Shown piece after piece: positions 39,313-48,781 of a stretch of 64,000 nucleotides of DNA. Each line of letters begins with the position of its first letter. The stretch's first letter is position 1. The stretch is from Legionellales bacterium (GTDB lineage: Bacteria > Pseudomonadota > Gammaproteobacteria > UBA1113): the NCBI GenBank assembly GCA_002709565.1, contig PAPY01000031.1, positions 71 to 64,070 of the forward strand, read 5' to 3'. The notes under the pieces were generated by a model. It was not told where the DNA came from and made no database searches. It worked only from the letters and a program-made list of their open reading frames with translations. The translations under genes and the position numbers were made by a program.

Positions 39313-39861
39313 TTAAAACCCATAATCCCAATTCGACGTACCGCTGCCACTGTTGTTGTTGCCCGCATCATCGCCAAACCCGCTGATAATCGGTTGTTGT
39401 TCAGTTTGTGGTACTTCTTGCTGTTGCTGTGCTTGTTCGGTGGTCGCTGGCAGCTGAAATTGGGGCGGTGTGGGTTGGGTATTCGCTTGTTGTTGTCCCG
39501 GCGCCACCGGTGTTGGGTCAGGCAGCTGGTTGAGGTAGTTGTCGTATTGCTGTTGATACACTTTGATATTGTTGGTCGCAGTGTTAGCTGATTGAACAGC
39601 TTGGTTGATTTCATTCAATCGATTGGCTTGCTCAGTGGCAACATCGGCGAAGGCTGTTTGTGATAGCAGTAGCAGTAGCGTACTTGAGCCTAGCAACAGC
39701 AATTCCCGCTGAAAGCGGAGAATTGCTTCCCAAGTACTATCGCCAGCGCGGCAAAGCCGCACGTATGGCGACCAAAGGGGGAAAATCGCGATTTCCCCCT
39801 TTGGAAACCCCCATCGCGAGAAGTTCAGCGGGAACCGCTGGCCTAGCAATAATTTACGCAT
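39313..39861 (-). CDS. Secreted Gln/Pro-rich hypothetical protein between icmW and icmX, carrying an in-frame 51-codon insertion
   Basis: GGAGAGG RBS; start overlaps the icmW stop; signal peptide ending AFA is split by the insertion. Confidence 0.7.
   Translation of the reverse strand: MRKLLLGQRFPLNFSRWGFPKGEIAIFPLWSPYVRLCRAGDSTWEAILRFQRELLLLGSSTLLLLLSQTAFADVATEQANRLNEINQAVQSANTATNNIKVYQQQYDNYLNQLPDPTPVAPGQQQANTQPTPPQFQLPATTEQAQQQQEVPQTEQQPIISGFGDDAGNNNSGSGTSNWDYGF
39697..39840. mobile_element. 144-bp MITE-like element with 17-bp TIRs and a 9-bp target duplication, inserted in-frame
   Basis: TIRs cagcaattcccgctgaa / cagcggttcccgctgaa (15/17); GCCTAGCAA at 39688-39696 and 39841-39849; internal hairpins. 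Confidence 0.88.
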
Positions 39862-40303
39862 CCTCTCCCTCCAATGCTTTTAAGACGATATCAAAGCGCT
39901 CAGGGGCAAACACCCTGGCTAATAAACGTAAACGTTCAAAAACAATATTACGTCTTAAGAATAGACCAGGTTCGTCATCACTGCTTTCGCTAATTTCTTC
40001 TGCATGAATGAGTAATTTTGAGGCAGCGCCAGGGTGAGCGGTGTCGAGGCTCTGGAGTAAGCGCAGTGCCCGGCCCGATTTTACGTTACAGCAAATTTTA
40101 ATGAAGATATCTTCCCGGCCTAGTTCGTAGTTACCGGCTTGGTCCAGTTGCTCACCCAGCTTGGCAAGGGAAGTTTCGAGTGCGGCATCGCCATCCAAAG
40201 TCCAATTCTCAACCCCCTCCATGAAGGCCACTACCCGATAAATCATGGGGTCGTGGTATTCTTTCCAGAATTGATGGACAGCTTCGTGACTTAAATCAGG
40301 CAT
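39854..40303 (-). CDS. icmW: Dot/Icm adaptor IcmW
   Basis: MPDLSHEA..FW, IYRVV.FME.VE.WT and FLRRNIVFERLRLL.RVF. Confidence 0.97.
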   Translation of the reverse strand: MPDLSHEAVHQFWKEYHDPMIYRVVAFMEGVENWTLDGDAALETSLAKLGEQLDQAGNYELGREDIFIKICCNVKSGRALRLLQSLDTAHPGAASKLLIHAEEISESSDDEPGLFLRRNIVFERLRLLARVFAPERFDIVLKALEGEDA

Positions 40304-40388
40304 AATTGCCCTCGCAATGATAAGACATTGTTCAAACTATATCCGGCTTAATCCGCAGAATCAATAGGAGACGCGAAGAAACTATCAA

Positions 40389-40417
40389 CATTTTAAGTGA
40401 GTTAAGTCGGCGTTAAT
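40389..40417. promoter_or_regulatory. PmrA-like tandem box gTTAAgtcggcgTTAA in the icmW/icmV divergent region
   Basis: TTAA at 40402 and 40413 (11-bp period); on the minus strand TAAAAT follows 6 nt later, toward icmW. Confidence 0.55.
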
Positions 40418-40599
40418 GTTGGTTGGCAAAACAGGCGTTATTCTCGGTCTTGCTCAGGCGAAGATTGGTTCAGTGAGAGCTAATGACAATAACAGCACTC
40501 TTCGCGTGGGTACTCATTGGTTGATTCTTAACTAATGAACAGGTTATTATGGTCCAGATGTAACCCTTCTCAAGGAAGACAACTTCGAGGTAAATCAAT

Positions 40600-41061
40600 A
40601 TGGGTGTTTTTCGCAGTATCGGCCGTGGTTTTCGCTGGACATTCAAGTCTTTTGTCGATGTCCCCTCATGGATGGGGTATCGCTCTATCAAAGGCTCGAG
40701 CCAGTCGCTTGCTGATAGCGCAAAAATAATCTTTGACGTCTCTGAGTCTGAACGGGAGGAATCTTATCAAGAGGCCCTCAAACGCCTAGGTCTGACTGAG
40801 GCTGAAGCCCAAGCAAAATCAAAAGCATTATTTAATTTGTTCTTGGCCTTTGCGGGGCTTGGTTTAGCCATTCTTTGCTATTCGGTGTTTTTGGCGTGGG
40901 AGGGGGCATTACGCAGCTTTTTGGTGGGGACTACCTTAGCCCTGGTCTCTTTCGCCACCGCTTTTCGTTATCACTTCTGGCATTTCCAAATCAAATCTAA
41001 ACGCTTAGGCTGCAACTTCAAGGATTGGTGGTATGGCAATCTTGGGGGTGGCAATGCGTAA
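40600..41061 (+). CDS. icmV: Dot/Icm inner-membrane protein IcmV
   Basis: ES..EA..RL.LTE, two TM helices, AFRYHFW.FQIK..RLGC. Confidence 0.92.
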   Translation: MGVFRSIGRGFRWTFKSFVDVPSWMGYRSIKGSSQSLADSAKIIFDVSESEREESYQEALKRLGLTEAEAQAKSKALFNLFLAFAGLGLAILCYSVFLAWEGALRSFLVGTTLALVSFATAFRYHFWHFQIKSKRLGCNFKDWWYGNLGGGNA

Positions 41062-43321
41062 ACTGCTTGGTCTCGTCTTATTACTCGCCAGCGGCAGCGC
41101 CAGTGCCCAATCCATGTTCGATATCCCCTTGACCGATGTCTCCCGTATTTATCTCAATACTATTTTCGGTACTGTAGGCAATGTCTTAAGTGGAGGGGGT
41201 TCCCAATTACTCAAAGAAGCATTTTCGTATTTTAACAGTGCGGTACTTGTGCTGGGCGGTATTATTATCATTTACAGTCTCATCGTATCAACGGTGAATA
41301 CCTCTCATGACGGTGAAATGCTCGGTAAAAAATGGAACTCCGTATGGATCCCGTTACGCTCGGCGGTGGGTTTTGGATTATTACTTCCTGTCAAAGCCGG
41401 TGGTTATGCAGTAATTCAAGTCATGGTCATGTACGTTGTGCTACAAGGTGTGGGTGCAGCAAATTATATCTGGAGTAATACTCTAGACTATATTGGGACT
41501 GGAGGAAATATCTCAACCACGCAAACACCTAGTACATTTTTCCAGCTTGCAGGTAAAGCCTTCTCTAACTGGGTGTGTGCTTATGAGGGAGCAAAGTATG
41601 TTAACCAACAGTATGGCAGAACAAATGCCCAAGCGTCGAGTTCTATCAGTAACTACACGATACTCATGCAATTTACCGGTAGCGGTCAGGGGACTTGTGG
41701 TTCCGTCTTGCTTAAATTACCAACAAGTAGCGAGCCTCTGTCACCAGCTGATCAGAGCACAAATAATGCTATAATTGCCACGGTGCAGCAGTTGGCGATA
41801 CCTGGCAAGATGTTTGTCGATGACTATCCTAGTGAGCCAAATGCCAATACCATTATTCAGTTGATTCGCAATGCGGCTAATAACTATTATCTGCAACAAC
41901 AAGAGGCTCAACGAAGGGCGAGCATGCAGTATGGTACAGGGAGTATGCGCTGTATGCCTGTCTTTAGTAATATGTTTGATCCGACTTCGGGAAAATGGAG
42001 TTGCACCCGAGATGATTTTGTTAATCAGGCAATTCAAGTCGGTTGGATTTTTGCTGGATCCTATTTTCTTCAGATCACGCAATCCATTGATCAATCCAGG
42101 GAGGCAGCCTACGCATTTCCAGTGAATGGACCCAATACCGGTAAGTTAATTAATATTTTTGGCCAAGATAATGACATTATTACTGTCTATAATGCCGCTG
42201 AGAAATTTCAAACTAGCAACGTTGATCCGAGTCATACCCAGATTGATATTGATATTACGTCCCCTAGCGGTGTCAATAGTATTTTGTACTCAATCTTTAA
42301 TCCAGCTTTTAGTGCGTGGAAGAAATATCTTAAAGCTCAGGCGAAAGATATGGATAATCTGCTTGCTGGGAACTTTGAGTTTAATCCGATTGCAGAATTG
42401 CACGCTCTAGGAACACAGATGATTTCAGGTATTGAAATTGCGTGGTTAGCTTTCGGTGGTATTGTGGTTGGAGCGGGTGCTCTTGCCTTTATAGATTCTT
42501 GTATGATGCCGTTTTCCTATATGGCGCAAACGGGCTTGATGATATTTATGCCGCTCGTCACGATGAGTGCGGCAGTGATATTTCCGTCAGCGGGTATGCT
42601 TGCCTATTATGTTCCTTTGATGCCCTTTATTATCTTTACGGTGGGTGCCGTGGGATGGTTTATTTTGGTGATAGAGGCCATGGCAGCAGCCCCCATTCTG
42701 GCGCTGGGCATATTGCACCCCGAAGGACAACATGAAGTGTACGGTAAGGCGGAGCCAGGGATTTATCTGCTGATCAATGTCTTCTTGCGTCCGCCATTAA
42801 TGATTATTGGTTTATTTGCTGCGTATCTGCTCATGTTTGCTGCTGTATCGTTGGTGAATGTCGCATTTTTGATGCTCACGGGTGGATTTGAGAATAAAGG
42901 TGCATTTGATATCAGTATTGTAGGGATGTCGATGCTGTTAGGGGTTTACGCACTCGTACTCCTCACCGTCATCCAAAAATGTTTTGGTCTTATCCATATG
43001 GTACCTGATAGAGTCATGCGCTGGATTGGCCAACATGACCAATACGCGGGCGCCTATGGGGCTGAGCAAGATATGCAAGGCTTTAAACAAGCGGCCCAAG
43101 GTGCGGGCGAGCAAGCCAGCAAAGGCACATCGGAGTCTATTGGTGGTACGGCTGGCAAGGTTGGTAAAGGGGTGCAAACTGCTGCGCAGAAAAAACATGA
43201 AACGGCGGCTAAAGGTAAGCGTTTTGCTGAGCATAAACATGGCTCAGGCAAAGGCGGTGGTAGCATTGGCTCTGGTCCCGGTTCTGATCCTGATCCTGAC
43301 CCCGGCAGCGATCCTGATTAG
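41054..43321 (+). CDS. dotA: DotA/TraY family protein
   Basis: D.S..YL..IFG.V, GEMLGKKWNSVWIPLRS, YYVPL.P, EAMAAAP and NVFLRP. Start ATG 41054. Confidence 0.93.
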   Translation: MRKLLGLVLLLASGSASAQSMFDIPLTDVSRIYLNTIFGTVGNVLSGGGSQLLKEAFSYFNSAVLVLGGIIIIYSLIVSTVNTSHDGEMLGKKWNSVWIPLRSAVGFGLLLPVKAGGYAVIQVMVMYVVLQGVGAANYIWSNTLDYIGTGGNISTTQTPSTFFQLAGKAFSNWVCAYEGAKYVNQQYGRTNAQASSSISNYTILMQFTGSGQGTCGSVLLKLPTSSEPLSPADQSTNNAIIATVQQLAIPGKMFVDDYPSEPNANTIIQLIRNAANNYYLQQQEAQRRASMQYGTGSMRCMPVFSNMFDPTSGKWSCTRDDFVNQAIQVGWIFAGSYFLQITQSIDQSREAAYAFPVNGPNTGKLINIFGQDNDIITVYNAAEKFQTSNVDPSHTQIDIDITSPSGVNSILYSIFNPAFSAWKKYLKAQAKDMDNLLAGNFEFNPIAELHALGTQMISGIEIAWLAFGGIVVGAGALAFIDSCMMPFSYMAQTGLMIFMPLVTMSAAVIFPSAGMLAYYVPLMPFIIFTVGAVGWFILVIEAMAAAPILALGILHPEGQHEVYGKAEPGIYLLINVFLRPPLMIIGLFAAYLLMFAAVSLVNVAFLMLTGGFENKGAFDISIVGMSMLLGVYALVLLTVIQKCFGLIHMVPDRVMRWIGQHDQYAGAYGAEQDMQGFKQAAQGAGEQASKGTSESIGGTAGKVGKGVQTAAQKKHETAAKGKRFAEHKHGSGKGGGSIGSGPGSDPDPDPGSDPD

Positions 43322-43322
43322 C

Positions 43323-45062
43323 CTAGTTGTGGATTGTTCTCTGACTATAACGCCCTGGTGCCGGCTCAATAGACGTCAAGATTTGACGGGGAGTAACTGG
43401 CTTCCCGCTGTGTTGATTTAACCAGGTTTGCCAATCTTCCCACCATGAGCCTGGGTGGTGTTCGGCGTGTTTGAGCCAAGTACTTGCATCAAGCTGTATA
43501 TCGTTATTCACGTAAAAACCTAATTGCTTGCGTCGCGGCGGATTAATGAAGCCACCGATGTGATCACCATTACCTAAAACAAAGCGAGTATTACCCCTTA
43601 ACAATTGCGCACTACGGTAGCTGCCTTGCCAAGGCGATAAATCATCGTCTTTTAAGCCTAAGTAATAACAGGGTTGTTGAATACAACGGAGGTCAATGGG
43701 CTTCGCTGTAATGTCGATACCCCCTGCCTGATATAGCTGGTTGTGTTGTAGCAATTCGCGCATATGAAATAAAAATAATTTTTGGGGGATATGGGTAACA
43801 TCTTCCGACCAATGTAATAGATCAAACCGGCTAGCCCGTTTGCCTTTCAGGTAATGATGAATAAAGAAGGGCCAGATAGTATCATTGGTATTACGCAGAT
43901 TAAAGGCCGTTAGCATTTTACGTCCGTCAAAATACCCTGTCTTGGCCATGGTTTTTTGGTACCAGCGCACTTGATCGGGACCTGCAAGATACAGCCAATC
44001 ACCGGCTTCACTAAAATCAAACAAACTCGCCAAAAAGCTGGCACAATGAATTTTGTCTGCTTGATTGGTTGCGGTGAGATAAGCAAGACTCGCACCCACG
44101 AGGGTGCCACCGAGACAATTACCAGCAATATTGATTTGTTTAACATTACAGGCTGCGCACACCTCGTCAATGGCTTTAACGACCCCTTCTGTCACATAAT
44201 CCGCAAAACCATAGGACTGTTGTTCACTCGTGGCATTAACCCATGAAATCATAAATACCGTATAGCCCTGATCAACAAGATATTTGACCAATGAATTATT
44301 GGCGCGCAAATCCATGAGGTAGTATTTGTTGATCCAGGAGCCAACCAGTAACAGGGGTTTCGCGTACACTTGTGGTGTGGTGGGATGGTATTGAATGAGT
44401 TGCATGATGGTATTTTCAAAAATCACCTCTCCGGGCGTATAGGCAATATTGTCGCCGACTAGGTAGTGATTATTCATCACCTTGCTGACATGACCATAGG
44501 CGCTCCATTGATTCAGATCATCTAGCCAATGCTCGAGTCCAGTCAGTAAATTTTTGCCACGCTCATGGCGGGTGAGTTGCAAAACTTCAGGATTCGTCAA
44601 CACAAAATTACTCGGCGATAAGGTTTCCAGTAAGATGCGCACAAAAAAATACCCTTGTTGCTGGGTAAAATTATCCATGCCTTTTAATTCACTGATCGCT
44701 TGGAGTATGGTTTGGCAATGAATCAAATAGGATTGATGGATAAAATGAAACAAGCGTTTATCTTGCCAGAGCGCATTAGCAAAGCGTTTGTCACTAATGG
44801 TAGGAGGTTTGCTAAGGTTCTTGATCAGTCTAGCATGTTGCTTGATAGCTTCCCCCAGCATTTTGCCAGTAGTCCCCGGTTGTGTCATGAAGGCTTTGGC
44901 TATGGCAAATACGGTGCGATGGTAAGTCACCCCAAGCCGTAACATGTCAAAGCTGCCTTTGATGGGGTGAATTTCTTCACGCAGTATCTTCTTCAACAGA
45001 CGTTTGGTTTTGCTGGCGATGCGATGTAATTGTGATGAGGTGCTATTAGTCTTGTTTGCCAT
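43323..45062 (-). CDS. phaC: Class I polyhydroxyalkanoate synthase
   Basis: SPSNF..TNP, TPG.V, WINKYY.MDL, ISW.N, lipase box GNCLGG, GDHIGG, GSWW.DW. Start ATG 45062. Confidence 0.9.
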   Translation of the reverse strand: MANKTNSTSSQLHRIASKTKRLLKKILREEIHPIKGSFDMLRLGVTYHRTVFAIAKAFMTQPGTTGKMLGEAIKQHARLIKNLSKPPTISDKRFANALWQDKRLFHFIHQSYLIHCQTILQAISELKGMDNFTQQQGYFFVRILLETLSPSNFVLTNPEVLQLTRHERGKNLLTGLEHWLDDLNQWSAYGHVSKVMNNHYLVGDNIAYTPGEVIFENTIMQLIQYHPTTPQVYAKPLLLVGSWINKYYLMDLRANNSLVKYLVDQGYTVFMISWVNATSEQQSYGFADYVTEGVVKAIDEVCAACNVKQINIAGNCLGGTLVGASLAYLTATNQADKIHCASFLASLFDFSEAGDWLYLAGPDQVRWYQKTMAKTGYFDGRKMLTAFNLRNTNDTIWPFFIHHYLKGKRASRFDLLHWSEDVTHIPQKLFLFHMRELLQHNQLYQAGGIDITAKPIDLRCIQQPCYYLGLKDDDLSPWQGSYRSAQLLRGNTRFVLGNGDHIGGFINPPRRKQLGFYVNNDIQLDASTWLKHAEHHPGSWWEDWQTWLNQHSGKPVTPRQILTSIEPAPGRYSQRTIHN

Positions 45063-46389
45063 ACTGTACTCGCAATAACCCAATGATACCAATGAGACTG
45101 AAGAGCAAAAAGGGCACGGCAACAACAAATAGCAATACCTGTGTCAGTAACACACCCGTTAACAACAACAATGCGGTCATCATACAAATGCCAGCAAAAA
45201 AAACCTTGTAGAATCGTGGCGAGGATTTAGTACAAGCAGGCAGTCCCTGGATCAAGAACCCTCGGCTCAGTTGGATGGGTTCTTTAAAGCGACTGACAAT
45301 GACAAAAAAACTGAGCGAGCCAAGCAGTGTGATAATGCAATAATTGGGCGTGGCGAGCAGGGTATTGATGTTGACTGTGATATCAGTCTGGGACAAACCA
45401 ATATCAAGTAACAATAGTAGCAAGGGGCCAAGCAGTAAACAGACCATAGTAGCAAGCCGTGATAAGTGGCGACAGACTGTTGCAAAATAGGACCCGGCTA
45501 ACATAGCGATAGTCAGCCAATAACCCCACGTAAAGCCAAACCAACTGCTATGCCAGGTTGTGTGCACGAGTCGGCGTGGGTCAACGATATTGGTTAATAC
45601 CTTAACCTGCTCTAGCCATACAAACAAGCTATTTACGAGGCTCAGACAAAGACTCAAGCCTAAGCAGCAAATAAGGACAAATAGCCACAACGGTATCTGC
45701 AAACGATGAAGCGTGTTGAAAGCTTTTAGGATATAACGATTTGAGCCTAATAGGATGATGCCAAATAAGACAAAAAATGTCGTGAATTGCAAGCCATGAC
45801 TTAAGGGTAAGCCAACCCATTCTCCCGCAAGTATACTGATACTAATACTGATTAAAGATGCCGTGATGATGACAGCAAAATAATTGGTGACACTCAACGG
45901 TGTTTCAAAAAAATTCATGGCTGCAGGTGAGATGCCATTTTTGTAGGATAAATCAATGGCACTGCTTAGAAGGCCGTAACGGTCATGTTCCCATCGGCAA
46001 ATCATCAGTACCATTGCAACTAATAGCAAAAGACTCCAAGGATATAGCCCCCATTTGAGCGGCTCTGTTAACAATACTGGTGTTGCGGGAAGTGTTGTGG
46101 TATCCACAGGGAGAGAGATTTTAACGAGTGTGAGATAGATACTGGTAAATACCAACAGTAGCAACATTTGCGTAAATAAGACTTTGGGCCAGGTTCGCCA
46201 AAAGCCCCGAAGATTAAGATCCTCGCGTTTTGTTCCCAATACAAACAGTCCAGCTAGTACTAACAATATTGCCGAGAAAGGCAATGCCGGTGGGATCCAG
46301 TCAGCATAATAGTAACTAATAACAAAAGGTATACCATAGAGGAATAACGTGTAGAACCAGTAGTGGTATTTGGGCTTATAAAGCTTCAT
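45046..46389 (-). CDS. Polytopic membrane protein, divergent BCCT-transporter-like
   Basis: About 12 TM segments; WGLYPW and W..FTWGYW..A...G..FA echo BCCT motifs; ATGA overlap with dotB. Confidence 0.5.
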   Translation of the reverse strand: MKLYKPKYHYWFYTLFLYGIPFVISYYYADWIPPALPFSAILLVLAGLFVLGTKREDLNLRGFWRTWPKVLFTQMLLLLVFTSIYLTLVKISLPVDTTTLPATPVLLTEPLKWGLYPWSLLLLVAMVLMICRWEHDRYGLLSSAIDLSYKNGISPAAMNFFETPLSVTNYFAVIITASLISISISILAGEWVGLPLSHGLQFTTFFVLFGIILLGSNRYILKAFNTLHRLQIPLWLFVLICCLGLSLCLSLVNSLFVWLEQVKVLTNIVDPRRLVHTTWHSSWFGFTWGYWLTIAMLAGSYFATVCRHLSRLATMVCLLLGPLLLLLLDIGLSQTDITVNINTLLATPNYCIITLLGSLSFFVIVSRFKEPIQLSRGFLIQGLPACTKSSPRFYKVFFAGICMMTALLLLTGVLLTQVLLFVVAVPFLLFSLIGIIGLLRVQYGKQD

Positions 46390-47525
46390 AGCCCCGCATC
46401 GCGATCAGCATTGCGAGAACTCAACGTGACTAGTTTATATTCTCGCTCGCTAATGATGCCGGCATCCAATTTCCGTTTGGCGTCCACTTCAATCGGTTGA
46501 CCCCGCTCCTTCACTAAGCGCCGGGTGGCACCAGTGATGGATTCAGGATCGGTTTCTAACAAAATATCCCGCACTTCATCGTCAAAGACTAAGTACTCAC
46601 GCAGTGGGGTGCGCTTACCGTCAGGGGTGGCGACCAGTTTTTGCCAGACCACCAGACGAGCGGTTTCGATAATATCAATGGTGCGGCCATGGCGCTCTTC
46701 AGCTGGATAGGTGGTCACCAGACGGCGCATCACTTCCGCAACACCGTTACTGTGCAGCGTGGTATAGACAGGATGACCGGTTAACGCAGCCTCCATTGCG
46801 GCTGAAATAGTTTCTGCATCCCGCGCTTCACCCACGAGAATTAAGCGCGGCTTACGGCGCAGGGCATTACGCACACCGGCAGCGAAGCTTGGCAAATGGC
46901 GAGGAATTTCCGATTGACTGACAACAGCAGAGACTTTGGCGATGTTATCAAACACAAACTCAATGGGTGATTCATAGGTTAAGACTTTGCGATGACAGTC
47001 TTCTTGCTCGATGATGTGACGAATAACCGAGGCGAGCAAGGTACTTTTACCGGAACCGGTGGCACCGGTAATATACACCACCCCTTCTTCGGGCATGATG
47101 CTATTAAAAATATCTTCTTCAAGGTTGAGTGCCGTTAATGGTGGCGGGTCACTGGGAATGGTTCGCAGGGTGATTTGAATACCGTCATGACCATCGACTA
47201 AACACCCCGTGCCATTGACCCGGTAGCGATATCGTTCTGTCCTTGAGGGCCGCACTTCATAATGGGTATCTACATCGCGACCACTTAAGATCTGAGTCGT
47301 ACCATTGGGGCCATAAATGGCATTTAGCATTTCACCGACTTCGGTATTGGAGAGTTTGCGCTTGGTGATAGGGACTAAACGGCCATGAACTTCCGCAAAC
47401 ACCGGCTCATTAGTCTGCAAGGTGATATCCGAAGCATCCAGCTGATAGCAATAGACCACCATCTTATCCAACTCATGGACAGTAAAGCGCTGGGGCTCAT
47501 TCGGTAATAAGTGTTCGTCGGTCAT
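46386..47525 (-). CDS. dotB: Dot/Icm ATPase DotB
   Basis: ASDITLQT, GATGSGKS, YESPIE, ALRRKP, GEARD, TGH. Confidence 0.97.
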   Translation of the reverse strand: MTDEHLLPNEPQRFTVHELDKMVVYCYQLDASDITLQTNEPVFAEVHGRLVPITKRKLSNTEVGEMLNAIYGPNGTTQILSGRDVDTHYEVRPSRTERYRYRVNGTGCLVDGHDGIQITLRTIPSDPPPLTALNLEEDIFNSIMPEEGVVYITGATGSGKSTLLASVIRHIIEQEDCHRKVLTYESPIEFVFDNIAKVSAVVSQSEIPRHLPSFAAGVRNALRRKPRLILVGEARDAETISAAMEAALTGHPVYTTLHSNGVAEVMRRLVTTYPAEERHGRTIDIIETARLVVWQKLVATPDGKRTPLREYLVFDDEVRDILLETDPESITGATRRLVKERGQPIEVDAKRKLDAGIISEREYKLVTLSSRNADRDAGL

Positions 47526-47623
47526 GGGTTACTCGCTGTCTTTCAACTAAGTGTATTAGACCAGGCTTTATTTGACAATGTACAGAGCTAAGCTATTGAT
47601 TCTTCCATCACCTCTGGAAGTAT

Positions 47624-47669
47624 TTGTAAAACTTCTCCAATAATGGCTATAATGTAGCTATTATTGGAG
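47624..47669 (+). promoter_or_regulatory. Sigma70-like promoter overlapped by a 15-bp inverted repeat (putative AbiEi operator)
   Basis: TTGTAA-N18-TATAAT; arms 47635-47649 and 47655-47669 match 14/15. Confidence 0.7.
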
Positions 47670-47679
47670 GAAAAAGGCA

Positions 47680-48495
47680 ATGAAGCCAGAACAGTTCTTT
47701 TATGACCACCCAGTCTTCCGCCATGAAGAGTTTGCAGCATGGAAAGCGGAGCAAGGCGATATTAAAGCAACCTCTATTAATGGAGCCCTGCGCTATTACG
47801 TCAAAACCGGTCGAATCACGCCTATACGTCGAAAACTCTATGCAGCAGTCCCACCTAACCAGTCTGTGGATGATGTTATCGTTGATCCCTATCTAATTGC
47901 GGGCAAGGCAACGGAAGATGCGATCGTGGGTTACCACTCAGCACTGGAAATGATGGGAGTAGCATATTCCACGTTTGGTCAATTTACATATGCTACGGTA
48001 CAAAAGAGTAAGCTATTTACTTTTCAAGACCGATGGTTTCAACCTGTTAGTCAACCAACGTCGTTACAAAAAAAGCAATCGACGTCTTTTGGTGTGGAGG
48101 TAGTGAACCGGCAAGGATTGCCTTTACGAGTAACAAATTCAGCAAGGACCTATGTTGATGTGCTTGATCGCATTGAGCTAGCTGGCGGTTGGGAGGAAGT
48201 ATGTCGATCAATTCAAAAATTTTCGGTGCTAAATATTGATGAAGTTATTGAATATTGTTTTATGTTGGGCAATACTCGTTTAAATGCTACAGTCGGTTAC
48301 TTTTTAAGTCAAAGGGAAGGTGCATTTGCAGTTAGTGACAGTCAACTAAAACCACTATTGAATGCAATCCCTCGTGTACCACAACATGCTTCAAAACGAA
48401 GCAAAGAAAAATATCAACTTGTTAAACCATGGAATATTTTATTACCGGTATCTGTGGTTAATCAACTATGGGAAGAACCTGATGTTGACGTCTAA
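47680..48495 (+). CDS. AbiEi-like type IV antitoxin / transcriptional regulator
   Basis: N-terminal wHTH (IRRKLY), DPYLIA, YHSALE and RTYVDVLDR..L.GGWEE. Confidence 0.8.
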   Translation: MKPEQFFYDHPVFRHEEFAAWKAEQGDIKATSINGALRYYVKTGRITPIRRKLYAAVPPNQSVDDVIVDPYLIAGKATEDAIVGYHSALEMMGVAYSTFGQFTYATVQKSKLFTFQDRWFQPVSQPTSLQKKQSTSFGVEVVNRQGLPLRVTNSARTYVDVLDRIELAGGWEEVCRSIQKFSVLNIDEVIEYCFMLGNTRLNATVGYFLSQREGAFAVSDSQLKPLLNAIPRVPQHASKRSKEKYQLVKPWNILLPVSVVNQLWEEPDVDV

Positions 48496-48764
48496 AGAAC
48501 AACTATTTCAACTTGCTAAATCACAGGGTTATAAGCCAGAAATCTTGGAAGAAGAAGTGGGCTTCGGCAATGGTCTCTGAGTTACAAGATAGATTGTCTG
48601 CTTTCTTGCCCTTGCGGGATGAAGAGCAGCTATTTATCGAAACTATCCGAGCTGATCATCAAATATGCCCTGAGTTGATCACGCAGGATGAGGATTTTGC
48701 CATAAAGATTGCTACGCATCCTGCGATACATTGGGCGATGAAACAGTACCAAAGCGCAAAATAA
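48482..48764 (+). pseudogene. AbiEii-like toxin remnant with internal deletion and frameshift
   Basis: MLTSKEQLFQLAKSQGYKPEILE (toxin-like N-terminus) joins near 48550, in another frame, to a C-terminal ...FLPL..EEQ.F...HPAIHW segment; the catalytic core is absent. Confidence 0.7.
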
Positions 48765-48781
48765 ATACGATAGTACTACGA

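Noticed and set aside
39297..40007. Alternative ORFs 39297-39614, 39394-39591 and 39660-40007
   Set aside because: Shadow frames of the Gln-rich gene, the MITE and icmW; no RBS or family motifs.
47613..47623. TCTGGAAGTAT matching the tandem repeat unit at 57993
   Set aside because: A single 11-nt match is compatible with chance.
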